Shown here in pieces: positions 8,963 to 17,499 of a stretch of 32,000 nt of DNA (position 1 is the stretch's first letter; every line of letters begins with the position of its first letter). The DNA comes from Corynebacterium amycolatum. GTDB lineage: Bacteria; Actinomycetota; Actinomycetes; Mycobacteriales; Mycobacteriaceae. The stretch lies in NCBI RefSeq assembly GCF_049243625.1, contig NZ_CP046975.1. One strand, written 5' to 3'. The translations under genes and the position numbers were made by a program. Under the pieces are notes generated by a model. The model was not told the origin of the DNA. It ran no database searches and saw only the letters and a list, made by a program, of their open reading frames with translations.

Positions 8963-11113
8963 ATGCTCGGATGGCTCGGCTCGGATTATGCGCGCACGCC
9001 CCTGAATATCGTGGTGGGTCCAAAGATTGCGAAGAAACTTCACACAGGTTTCGGTATGGAGACCGTCTCGGATGCACTGACGAATTTCCCAAAGCGCTAC
9101 GTGGCGCAGGGTAAGAGCTTAGATGTGTCATTTTCCGACATTGGCGACACCATCACCACAGTCGTGGAGGTGCACAGCATCTCGCCAGCGCCCGCCTTCG
9201 CCGACCGACGCAAGCCACTGAAAATCTATGTCAGCGACGGCGTGCGCATTCTTCCGGCCGCGATTTTTGGTGCCGAATGGCTGCGCAATATGCTGCACCC
9301 CGGTGTGCGTCTGCTCATTGTTGGCACACTCAGCGAGTTCCGCAATGAGCTGCAGCTGAAAAATGTTGACTGCATGGTGCTCAAAGCCGATGGTTCGGTA
9401 GGCGCAGCCACTGGCAAGCTGGCCACACTGACGAAAACGGCCAAGGGGATTGCGGAGATGCAGCGGCTTCTCACTCGCCCTTACCTGCCCATTTACCGTG
9501 GCCGCAAAGGAGTAGCGGGTATTCACCTGGCTCTGTTCATGCAGCGCATCCTCGAATGGTTACCGCTGCAGCCAGACCCGTTGCCCGCCACACCGGAGGG
9601 ACTTACCGATTTCGACTCCGCACTGCGTGGCGCACACTTTCCCTCCATCGCGGGCCCCGACATTGCGCTCACCCGGCTGAAGTATGACGAAGCGCTTGAG
9701 CTCCAACTCGCCGTTGGTGCACGTAAACGCACTCAAGAGAGCCTCACCGCTCCGGCCTGCACGGAGGTCACCGGAGGGCTTCGCGACGAGCTACGCCGAG
9801 GACTGCCGTTTTCGCTTACCGACGGTCAGGTCGCGGTCGCGGCCGATATTGCGCACGACATGTCGCAGACCAGCCCTATGAACCGCCTGCTGGCAGGTGA
9901 AGTCGGCTCGGGTAAGACCGTGGTGGCCCTGCTGGGAATGCTGCAGGCAGTCGATGCCAGCCGACAGTGCGCGATGCTGGCGCCGACGGAAGTCCTGGCC
10001 CAACAGCACTACCGATCGCTGACAGCGATGCTGGAGCAAGCCGGAGTAGCAGTGACTGTGCGACTGCTGACGGGTTCGATGTCGACGAAGGAGCGCCGGG
10101 CAACCCTGTTGGAGGCAGTCAACGGGGAGGCGGACATTGTCGTCGGCACGCATGCCCTGCTCAGTGAGGGCGTGGAGTTCTTCGATCTCGGGTTGGTGGT
10201 CGTCGATGAGCAGCACCGCTTTGGTGTGCGCCAGCGCGATCAATTGCGCAGCAGGGGACGGGGCGGAATGACACCGCATCTGTTGGTGATGTCGGCAACC
10301 CCGATTCCGCGCACGGTAGCGATGACCATTTTTGGCGACCTTGCAGTTTCGCAGTTGACGGAATTGCCACGGGGACGTCAGGAGATCCAATCCTTTGTCG
10401 TACCGACGCTGGAGAAACCCCGCTGGGAGGCACGAACCTGGGAGCGCATTGGGGAAGAAGTGTCCAAGGGCAACCGCGCCTTCATTGTCTGTCCTCGTAT
10501 TACCCGCGATGAGGAACAGTTCCTCGACGAGTCTGTGGAAGCGGTGTTCGACCGAGCGAGGAAGAAACTGCCCGGTGTACGTATCAGTCAGTTGCACGGC
10601 AATATGGCACCGGAGGACAAAGACCGCGTGATGCAGGCTTTTGCCGGAGGTCAGCTGGATGTGCTGGTGTCCACCACAGTTATCGAAGTCGGCGTGGATG
10701 TACCAGAGGCCACGATCATGATGATTCGCCGCGCCGAGAGCTACGGTATCTCGCAGATTCACCAGCTGCGCGGTCGCGTCGGCCGCGGTGACCGGGGTGG
10801 ACTGTGTTTCCTGTGTACACACACGCATTCTCAGACACCGGAGCGTACCCGGTTGGAACGCATTGCCACCACCACCGATGGTATTCAACTGGCGGAGTTA
10901 GACCTGGCCACGCGTAGTTTTGGTGATCTACTCGGTGATGACCAATCGGGACTGGCAACTGGCCTCGGTCTGGTGGACCTCACCACCGACGGCGAGATCA
11001 TCGAGCGCACCCGGCACGACGCCACGGCTCTCCTCGACAGCGATGAGAGACTTGTGGGGGAGCTCATCTCCGATATTGATGAAGAGCAGTCGAACTACTT
11101 GGACCGCTCCTAG
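8963..11113 (+). CDS. recG: ATP-dependent DNA helicase RecG
   Basis: Walker A GEVGSGKT, DEQH box VVVDEQHRFG, SATPIPRT and QLRGRVGRG. Length 716 aa. Confidence 0.96.
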   Translation: MLGWLGSDYARTPLNIVVGPKIAKKLHTGFGMETVSDALTNFPKRYVAQGKSLDVSFSDIGDTITTVVEVHSISPAPAFADRRKPLKIYVSDGVRILPAAIFGAEWLRNMLHPGVRLLIVGTLSEFRNELQLKNVDCMVLKADGSVGAATGKLATLTKTAKGIAEMQRLLTRPYLPIYRGRKGVAGIHLALFMQRILEWLPLQPDPLPATPEGLTDFDSALRGAHFPSIAGPDIALTRLKYDEALELQLAVGARKRTQESLTAPACTEVTGGLRDELRRGLPFSLTDGQVAVAADIAHDMSQTSPMNRLLAGEVGSGKTVVALLGMLQAVDASRQCAMLAPTEVLAQQHYRSLTAMLEQAGVAVTVRLLTGSMSTKERRATLLEAVNGEADIVVGTHALLSEGVEFFDLGLVVVDEQHRFGVRQRDQLRSRGRGGMTPHLLVMSATPIPRTVAMTIFGDLAVSQLTELPRGRQEIQSFVVPTLEKPRWEARTWERIGEEVSKGNRAFIVCPRITRDEEQFLDESVEAVFDRARKKLPGVRISQLHGNMAPEDKDRVMQAFAGGQLDVLVSTTVIEVGVDVPEATIMMIRRAESYGISQIHQLRGRVGRGDRGGLCFLCTHTHSQTPERTRLERIATTTDGIQLAELDLATRSFGDLLGDDQSGLATGLGLVDLTTDGEIIERTRHDATALLDSDERLVGELISDIDEEQSNYLDRS

Positions 11114-11137
11114 TTAGACCTAAGTAGACTGTTGGGC

Positions 11138-11410
11138 ATGGTAAATGTCTGTGCACCTTTTGCAGGAGTAGTCCGCTGGGAGGTCGCCGAGAAAGACTCG
11201 GTGACGACTGGCCAGGTCATTGCGGTCGTGGAGGCCGTCAAGCTAGAAGCGCCGGTTTTAGCGCCCTGCCCGGGTACGGTCGCGGAGGTGGCGGCAGATC
11301 AATTTGTGGATGTCGAAGGTGGTCAGCTGCTGGCACGAATCACGCCAGCAACTCACAGCACGATGGCACAGAACAACGGCAACGAGAACACATCGCACGA
11401 AGGGAAGTAG
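11138..11410 (+). CDS. Stand-alone biotinyl/lipoyl-attachment domain protein (BCCP-like)
   Basis: PFAGVV...G..I.VVEAVKLEAPVLAPCPGTV...G..V..GQLLARI is the flattened beta-barrel pattern of biotinyl domains, with the target lysine in AVKL. ATG at 11138 is preferred over the TTG at 11132 used by the ORF track. Stop TAG abuts the rsmD ATG (TAGATG). Confidence 0.75.
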   Translation: MVNVCAPFAGVVRWEVAEKDSVTTGQVIAVVEAVKLEAPVLAPCPGTVAEVAADQFVDVEGGQLLARITPATHSTMAQNNGNENTSHEGK

Positions 11411-11977
11411 ATGACCCGCATTATTGCAGGTGAGGCGCGCGGTCGCAGACTAGTCGCACCCAAGGGAGAGACCACTCGGCCAACCAGTGACCGCGCGAAA
11501 GAAGCCATCTTTTCATCCTGGTCCACACGCTTTGGGTTAGAGGGAACTCGCGTTCTCGACTTGTTCGCGGGCTCAGGTGCGCTCGGTTTGGAAGCGGCTT
11601 CCCGTGGCGCGCGTTCCGTCGTATTGGTGGAAAACGATCCGAACGCCATTGCCGCCATTGAAAAGAACATTCGCACCGTGGGGCATCCCGATGTGGCCGT
11701 GTCTCCGATGAAAGTGTCATCGTACCTTGCGGGCGCGCCGGGCGAGCCTTTTGACCGCGTCATCGCTGATCCTCCCTACGAGCTGGCGGGGGAGGCCGTT
11801 ACAGAGATGTTGGAGGCTCTGCGCAGCTTCCTCGCGCCGGGCGCGGTAGTGACTGTGGAGCGTCACCGCGATGACGACGAGACGCAGTGGCCGGAGGGCT
11901 ATGAGCAGCTCCAGCAGAAGCTGAAGCGCCGCATTCATGGATTGGCGCGCTTCGACACCGCTATCCACAACGCTTAA
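11411..11977 (+). CDS. rsmD: 16S rRNA (guanine966-N2)-methyltransferase
   Basis: SAM motif DLFAGSGALGLEAASRGA and catalytic DPPY. Length 188 aa. Conserved pairing with coaD. Confidence 0.93.
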   Translation: MTRIIAGEARGRRLVAPKGETTRPTSDRAKEAIFSSWSTRFGLEGTRVLDLFAGSGALGLEAASRGARSVVLVENDPNAIAAIEKNIRTVGHPDVAVSPMKVSSYLAGAPGEPFDRVIADPPYELAGEAVTEMLEALRSFLAPGAVVTVERHRDDDETQWPEGYEQLQQKLKRRIHGLARFDTAIHNA

Positions 11978-12022
11978 CGTTCTTCTTTACGCTTTACGAC
12001 GGCCAAAGGTGGTTTGACCTCT

Positions 12023-12496
12023 ATGACTCACGCATGCTGCCCCGGTTCCTACGATCCCATGACCTGTGGTCACCTCGATGTGATTGAGCGTGCCGCGCGC
12101 CAATTCGGTCAGTTGACCGTGTTGGTTACCCACAACCCGAATAAGCAGGGCATGTTCAACGTCGAAGAGCGCATGGACCTCATTCGGCAGTGCACGCAGC
12201 ACCTGGACAATGTGCGGGTGGACTCCTGGTCGAAGCTGTTGGTGGACTACACCTCCGCGCAGGGGATTACCTGCCTGGTCAAGGGACTGCGCTCGGCAGC
12301 AGACTACGAGTATGAGGCTCCTATGGCACAGATGAATCGGCGCATGACTGGCATTGAAACTCTCTTTGTGGAGGCTGATCCGAAGTACGGTCACGTGTCG
12401 TCGACACTGATGAAGGAAGTTGTTCGGTACGGCGGTTCGGTGGAAGGCCTAGTTCCTGAGCCTGTCTTGCACGCCCTGCAGCTCAGACTGAAGTAG
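12023..12496 (+). CDS. coaD: Phosphopantetheine adenylyltransferase
   Basis: CPGSYDPMTCGHLDVIERA (T/HxGH nucleotidyltransferase motif) and the SSTLMKEV C-terminal motif. ATG 12023 gives the N-terminus typical of actinobacterial CoaD; the ORF track starts at TTG 12014. Confidence 0.94.
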   Translation: MTHACCPGSYDPMTCGHLDVIERAARQFGQLTVLVTHNPNKQGMFNVEERMDLIRQCTQHLDNVRVDSWSKLLVDYTSAQGITCLVKGLRSAADYEYEAPMAQMNRRMTGIETLFVEADPKYGHVSSTLMKEVVRYGGSVEGLVPEPVLHALQLRLK

Positions 12497-12506
12497 CATG
12501 TAAGTC

Positions 12507-13268
12507 ATGTTTCGCGTCTTCGAATCTCTTGATGAACTGGTCCAGATCCTAGAAGAGGCACACGGCGTGCCACTGTCGGCCAATTGTATGGTCCCGCGCC
12601 AGCGTGTTCTCGAGTTGCTCGATGAACTGAGGGATGCTTTCCCGGCTGAGCTCGATGACGCGCAGGATGTCTTGGACCAGCGGGATGAGATTATCAACGA
12701 TGCTGAAGCCCGGGCGAACAACACCATTTCGTCTGCGGATGAAGAAGCCCATCGTATTGTCGACGAGGCAGAGGCCCGCGCTAACCACACCGTTGAGAAT
12801 GCCAATGCTCACGCGGCTGGCACCGTTGCGGCCGCTGAGGACGACGCTCGTCGTCTCCGCGAGGATGCTCAGCACGAGTACGACAACATTGTGGATCGTG
12901 CTTCTGCCGAGTCCGATCGCCTGATTCACGCTGGTAACGAATCCTACGAGCGTTCCGTTGCGGAAGGCCGTGAGGAGCAGGCTCGCCTGGTCGCTGAGTC
13001 GACGGTCGTCCGCGAGGCCAACGACGAAGCGAATCGTCTGCTGTCCGACGCACACGCGGATTCCTCTCGCCTCCGCGAAGAGTGTGACCGTTACGTTGAC
13101 TCCAAGCTCGCCGAGTTTGAGCAGACCCTCCAGGAGACCCTGCGCAATGTCGGTCGCAATCGCTCTGTACTGCGTTCAGGGGCCGGTGCCGTCGGCGGTG
13201 GTGCAGGGGCGCAGAACGCGCCGTCTTCCTTCTCCGAGGGGCAGGAACGCCGCCGGTACGAGCGTTAG
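12507..13268 (+). CDS. DivIVA-domain coiled-coil protein, SepIVA-like (Rv2927c-like)
   Basis: N-terminal MFRVFESLDELVQILEEAHGVPL...VPRQRVLELLDELRDAFPAELDDAQDVL, then long Ala/Glu/Arg-rich heptad-like repeats. Conserved position upstream of DUF177-rnc-fpg, as for Rv2927c. Confidence 0.75.
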   Translation: MFRVFESLDELVQILEEAHGVPLSANCMVPRQRVLELLDELRDAFPAELDDAQDVLDQRDEIINDAEARANNTISSADEEAHRIVDEAEARANHTVENANAHAAGTVAAAEDDARRLREDAQHEYDNIVDRASAESDRLIHAGNESYERSVAEGREEQARLVAESTVVREANDEANRLLSDAHADSSRLREECDRYVDSKLAEFEQTLQETLRNVGRNRSVLRSGAGAVGGGAGAQNAPSSFSEGQERRRYER

Positions 13269-13297
13269 CGCATCTTCGGGGTAGACTGAGGTCTATC

Positions 13298-13858
13298 ATG
13301 ACTGACTCATCCCCATTTGTTCTGGACGTTTCGACATGTCTGCAGGGCGGCATGCCCGAGCAGTTCCGCAAGGTAGGCGATAGCCCAGTCCGCGTTGGTG
13401 TCGAGATGATTGGCATCGCCGCTGGCGAGGAGGTTGTCGTTGACGGCATTGTCACGAACCTCGGCAGTGGTGTCATGGTTGACGCGACTGTGACTGCCAA
13501 GGCCACCGGCGAGTGCGTGCGCTGCCTAGCCCCGCTGAATCCGGAGCTCAGCTTCCATATTTCGGCTGTCTTTTCCAACAACGAGGACTTCATCACAGGC
13601 GACGATGCCGAGGAAGAAGACGTTGAGGACGAAGTTGGTCAGATCGTCGACAATACGGTGGATATCACTCAAGCCGTCATCGATGAGGCGGGCTTGAATC
13701 TGCCCTTCAATCCGACCTGTCTGGATTTCGATTCCAGCTGTGCTGAGTCGGACTCGGAAGTGCCGGAACCAGACGGCATCTCGGGTGAAGAGGAGCGTAT
13801 TGATCCGCGTTGGGCTGGCCTGGCGGAAAAGTTTGGCTCGCTCGGGGACGATAAGTAA
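13298..13858 (+). CDS. YceD/DUF177 family protein
   Basis: CVRCLAPL metal-binding-type motif and an acidic C-terminal half with further Cys (NPTCLDFDSSC). Length 186 aa. Conserved neighbour of rnc. Confidence 0.85.
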   Translation: MTDSSPFVLDVSTCLQGGMPEQFRKVGDSPVRVGVEMIGIAAGEEVVVDGIVTNLGSGVMVDATVTAKATGECVRCLAPLNPELSFHISAVFSNNEDFITGDDAEEEDVEDEVGQIVDNTVDITQAVIDEAGLNLPFNPTCLDFDSSCAESDSEVPEPDGISGEEERIDPRWAGLAEKFGSLGDDK

Positions 13859-13900
13859 TCGACGACGACTTAGACGAAGACTTTAAAGGAGATATAACGG

Positions 13901-14629
13901 ATGAGCCGCAAGCGTCGGCTAACCGGTGAAGCGGCTAGAAAGGCGGCCTTTGAGGCCGTCGATCACGCCCCGCTGCTGGAAAAACTCGGTGTTGAACTAC
14001 CAGAGGAGTCCCTGAAGCTCGCTCTGACCCACCGCAGTTTCGCAAATGAAAATGGCATGCTGACCAATAACGAGCGTCTAGAGTTCCTGGGCGACGCCGT
14101 GCTGGGCATGTGCGTTGCTGAAGAACTCTACCGTCGCTTCCCGGACCGTGCTGAGCAGGATATTTCCAAGATGCGCGCAGGTGTCGTGAACATGTACGCG
14201 CTGGCTGACCTGGCCCGCAGTATCGGATTGGGGGAGCACATTCTCCTCGGTCGCGGTGAGAAGGCCACCGGTGGCGCGGATAAGCACTCAATTCTCGCTG
14301 ACACCACCGAGGCACTGCTGGGTGCCATTTACCTGCAGCATGGCTTTGAGGTTGCCCGCGAGACCGTTCTTCGCCTGTTTAACCAGATGATTGACGATGC
14401 CCCGACGGAGTCTCGCGGTCGTGACTGGAAGACGCTGTTGCAGGAGCGCCTGGCAGCCAAGCAACTACCGGCTGCTGAGTACACCGTGCGCACCACCGGC
14501 CCCGACCATGACCTAACTTTCTACGTCGACGTGCTGGTTGACGGCGTGGTTAAGGGCAGCGGTACCGGCGCCACGAAGAAGGAAGCCGAGATGCACGCCG
14601 CGCATCAGGCGCATACTGCACTTGCATAA
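13901..14629 (+). CDS. rnc: Ribonuclease III
   Basis: Signature ERLEFLGDAVLG, ADTTEALLGAIYL, and a C-terminal dsRBD (GPDHDLTFYV...GTGATKKEAEMHAA). Good RBS AAAGGAG. Confidence 0.97.
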   Translation: MSRKRRLTGEAARKAAFEAVDHAPLLEKLGVELPEESLKLALTHRSFANENGMLTNNERLEFLGDAVLGMCVAEELYRRFPDRAEQDISKMRAGVVNMYALADLARSIGLGEHILLGRGEKATGGADKHSILADTTEALLGAIYLQHGFEVARETVLRLFNQMIDDAPTESRGRDWKTLLQERLAAKQLPAAEYTVRTTGPDHDLTFYVDVLVDGVVKGSGTGATKKEAEMHAAHQAHTALA

Positions 14630-15492
14630 TGCCCGAGCTTCCTGAAGTCGAGTCCGTACGCCGCGGTCTCGACGCTTACGTCGTCGGTGGCCGCATCGAG
14701 GATACTTTCGTCTACAACGCTCGTGCCGTGCGGCGCCAACCCGGTGGTGCCGCAGAGTTTATCGGTCGTACGCGCGGGCGCACGGTTATCGCTACGGATC
14801 GCCGCGGCAAGTTCATGTGGCTCACGCTTGACGACGACTCCGCAATTGCCATCCACCTGGGTATGAGCGGCCAATTGCGTGTGGAAGCTCCGTACACGCC
14901 CGATACGCTGCCCGGACGCCACACCAGGGCCGCATTTGACATAGCCCTGCCGGACGGCGCTCGGCACCTTATCAACTTCAACGATCAGCGCACCTTTGGT
15001 TGGGTCTGGGCCTGTGAAATGGTCGAATACCACGGTCGCTTTGTTCCGGAACCCGCAGCCAAGATCGCGCCCGATCTATTGGAGCCAACTGTCGATGTGG
15101 TTGCACTTGCACACCGCATGATGAAGTCGCGTTCGCCAATCAAGGCGGTATTGCTCAATCAGAACATCGTGTCCGGCATCGGCAACATTTATGCCGACGA
15201 AATGCTTTGGGCGGCGAAGGTTGATGGTCGCGTGCCGGCGTGCGACCTTTCGGTCCGTCGATTAGCGAAACTTCTGCGGGAGGGCCAAGCGGTACTTCAG
15301 CGGGCGCTAGCGGCCGGCGGCACGAGCTTTGACGCACTATATGTACATGTCAACGGCGAAAGTGGCTATTTCGAGCGGAGCTTGAACGCCTATGGCCAAG
15401 CGGGGGAGCCGTGCTCGAGGTGTGGGCGCGCAATTGTACGTCTGCCATTTGGGAATAGATCGAGTTATCTGTGTCCCACCTGTCAGCGCTAG
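14629..15492 (+). CDS. mutM: Formamidopyrimidine-DNA glycosylase
   Basis: N-terminal MPELPEVE and a C-terminal zinc finger CSRCGRAIVRLPFGNRSSYLCPTCQ. The start overlaps the rnc stop (TAATG). Confidence 0.97.
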   Translation: MPELPEVESVRRGLDAYVVGGRIEDTFVYNARAVRRQPGGAAEFIGRTRGRTVIATDRRGKFMWLTLDDDSAIAIHLGMSGQLRVEAPYTPDTLPGRHTRAAFDIALPDGARHLINFNDQRTFGWVWACEMVEYHGRFVPEPAAKIAPDLLEPTVDVVALAHRMMKSRSPIKAVLLNQNIVSGIGNIYADEMLWAAKVDGRVPACDLSVRRLAKLLREGQAVLQRALAAGGTSFDALYVHVNGESGYFERSLNAYGQAGEPCSRCGRAIVRLPFGNRSSYLCPTCQR

Positions 15493-15501
15493 AATTTCCT
15501 T

Positions 15502-16971
15502 ATGAGCTTCATGGAACAAGCGACCGATTGGGTCAACGCCTGGAATGACAAGTACTGGCTGTTCATGATTCTGCTACTCAGCGGTGCAGGCCTGTACTTC
15601 TGTTGGCGGACCATTGTGGTGCAGCTCCGGTACATCCCGGAGATGTTCAAGGCAATTACCGAAAAGCCGTCTGACATCTCCGAGGGGGTCAAGGGCATCT
15701 CGGCCTTTAAGGCCTTCACAATCTCTGCTGCCTCGCGTGTCGGTACCGGTAACGTCGCAGGTGTGGCGGTGGCAATCACTACGGGTGGGCCAGGTGCCGT
15801 GTTTTGGATGTGGCTACTCGCTGCGATTGGCGGTGCTACCAGCTTCGTGGAGTCGACGCTGGCGCAGCTGTACAAGGTGCGGGATAAGGACTCTTACCGA
15901 GGAGGGCCCGCGTACTACATCACCAAGGGGCTGGGAGAGAACTGGCGCTGGATGGCGTCGCTGTTCGTCATCGCGATCACGGTGACCTACGGTTTTGTGT
16001 TCAATGCGGTGCAGTCCAACTCAATCACGGCGGCTGTGGCTGAGTCGACTGGTCAGGAAACGCCGATCTTTAAATTCTGCGTCGGCATTGTGCTGGCAAT
16101 CTTGGTCGGCGTCATCATCTTCGGTGGTGTGCAGCGTATTTCGGCGGTGACACAGATCATCGTGCCGATTATGGCCGTGGCTTACATTATCCTCGGCCTG
16201 ATTGTCTTGGCTCTCAACATCACCGAGGTGCCGGGCCTGATCAAGCTGATTTTTGAGCACGCCTTCGGTATCCGTGAGATTGCTGGTGCCGCTGTCGGTA
16301 CCGCCATGATGCAGGGTATTCGCCGTGGTCTGTTCTCCAACGAGGCCGGTATGGGTTCCACACCAAATGCGGCGGCTACGGCGTCGGTGTCGCACCCGGT
16401 CAAACAGGGCCTAATCCAGACGATGGGTGTCTACTTCGACACCTGGGTCGTCTGTACCATCACCGCAGTTATCATCCTGTTGTCCGATCCGACCTTCGGC
16501 GGCGATGCGGAGGGCACCGCGTTGACTCAGGCTGCGCTGTCGGCGCAGGTGGGTACGTGGGCCATCCACGCGGTCACGGTTATCATCTTCTTCCTCGCGT
16601 TCTCCTCGCTGGTGGGTAACTACTACTACGCCGAGGCGAATATCCCGTTCCTGTCAAAGAGCAAGGCTGTCTTGAACACCGTGCGCGTCCTGGTTATCCT
16701 GTGCGTGATTGGCGGAGCTGTCGGTTCCGTGCCGCTAGTCTGGTCGCTTGCAGATACGTTCTCCGCACTCATGGCCACCATCAATATCATCGCGATTCTG
16801 CCGCTAGGCGGTGTCGCAGTCGCCCTGTTGAAGAACTATTCCGAGCAGAAGGCCAAGGGACTTAATCCAGTATTCCACCGCGATGATCTGCCTAACCTCC
16901 GCGGTCACGACAAGATCGAGTGCTGGGATGGTTCCGACCCGATGACGGTGCGTGAGTCCGATGCCGCTTAA
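15502..16971 (+). CDS. Alanine/glycine:cation symporter (AGCS family)
   Basis: Polytopic membrane protein with [22 protein letters not shown] and [12 protein letters not shown] motifs typical of sodium:alanine symporters. Starts 9 bp after mutM and overlaps the acyP start. Confidence 0.9.
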   Translation: MSFMEQATDWVNAWNDKYWLFMILLLSGAGLYFCWRTIVVQLRYIPEMFKAITEKPSDISEGVKGISAFKAFTISAASRVGTGNVAGVAVAITTGGPGAVFWMWLLAAIGGATSFVESTLAQLYKVRDKDSYRGGPAYYITKGLGENWRWMASLFVIAITVTYGFVFNAVQSNSITAAVAESTGQETPIFKFCVGIVLAILVGVIIFGGVQRISAVTQIIVPIMAVAYIILGLIVLALNITEVPGLIKLIFEHAFGIREIAGAAVGTAMMQGIRRGLFSNEAGMGSTPNAAATASVSHPVKQGLIQTMGVYFDTWVVCTITAVIILLSDPTFGGDAEGTALTQAALSAQVGTWAIHAVTVIIFFLAFSSLVGNYYYAEANIPFLSKSKAVLNTVRVLVILCVIGGAVGSVPLVWSLADTFSALMATINIIAILPLGGVAVALLKNYSEQKAKGLNPVFHRDDLPNLRGHDKIECWDGSDPMTVRESDAA

Positions 16972-17242
16972 CGACGTCCGCCTCACCGCATGGGTACACG
17001 GACGCGTTCAAGGTGTCGGTTTTCGCTGGTACACCCGCGCGACGGCACTGGAGTTGGGGTTGGTTGGTTACGCCCAGAACTATCCGGATGGTCGGGTGTT
17101 AGTTGTTGCCGAAGGGCCACGGGCAGACTGTGAGAGTTTGCTCGCTTGGCTGGAGGGGCCGAATACTCCAGGCAATGTGACGGCAGTGGTGCCCCTATGG
17201 CAGGAACCGAAGGGGGCATTTAGCACGTTTGACCGTCGTTAA
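16961..17242 (+). CDS. acyP: Acylphosphatase
   Basis: [14 protein letters not shown] phosphate-binding signature. Starting at ATG 16961 gives 93 aa, close to mycobacterial AcyP in length. GTG 16952 (ORF track) is the alternative start. Confidence 0.92.
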   Translation: MPLNDVRLTAWVHGRVQGVGFRWYTRATALELGLVGYAQNYPDGRVLVVAEGPRADCESLLAWLEGPNTPGNVTAVVPLWQEPKGAFSTFDRR

Positions 17243-17411
17243 GCGGGTGCTAACTGTCTTCCTCCCCCCCCATGTCGGTGTAGGAAACCGAAAAATTCGA
17301 ATACGTTTTATCCCTCGCTCTGTGTGATTGATTTTGCGCAGTTGGCGGGGGATTTTTTCGTGTCTTGGGGTAGTTGATTGGGGCGCTAAAGAGCTCCCGG
17401 AGCGCTAGAAA

Positions 17412-17448
17412 AATACGCAAGTGAGAAAAAGACTACGCAAATACGGAA
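17412..17448 (+). promoter_or_regulatory. Phased short repeats upstream of amt (candidate operator)
   Basis: TACGCAA at 17414-17420 and 17434-17440 (20-bp period). AATACG at 17412 and 17440, and also at about 17300. They lie 50-90 bp upstream of the amt ATG, which has a GGGGAGG RBS. Confidence 0.2.
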
Positions 17449-17499
17449 TCAGGGTGGTTTAAGTTAATAACTACCTACTGACAGACAGGGGAGGCACAA

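Noticed and set aside
9791-10888. 365-aa minus-strand ORF antisense to recG
   Set aside because: Same high-GC antisense artefact. The translation is Arg/His/Gln-rich with no domain signature, whereas the plus frame carries all the RecG helicase motifs.
17340-17385. G-rich stretch (GGCGGGGG, TTGGGG, TTGGGG with repeated TTGATTG) upstream of amt as a possible G-quadruplex
   Set aside because: It has only three runs of three or more G, with long AT-containing loops, so it does not meet a standard four-run G4 pattern.
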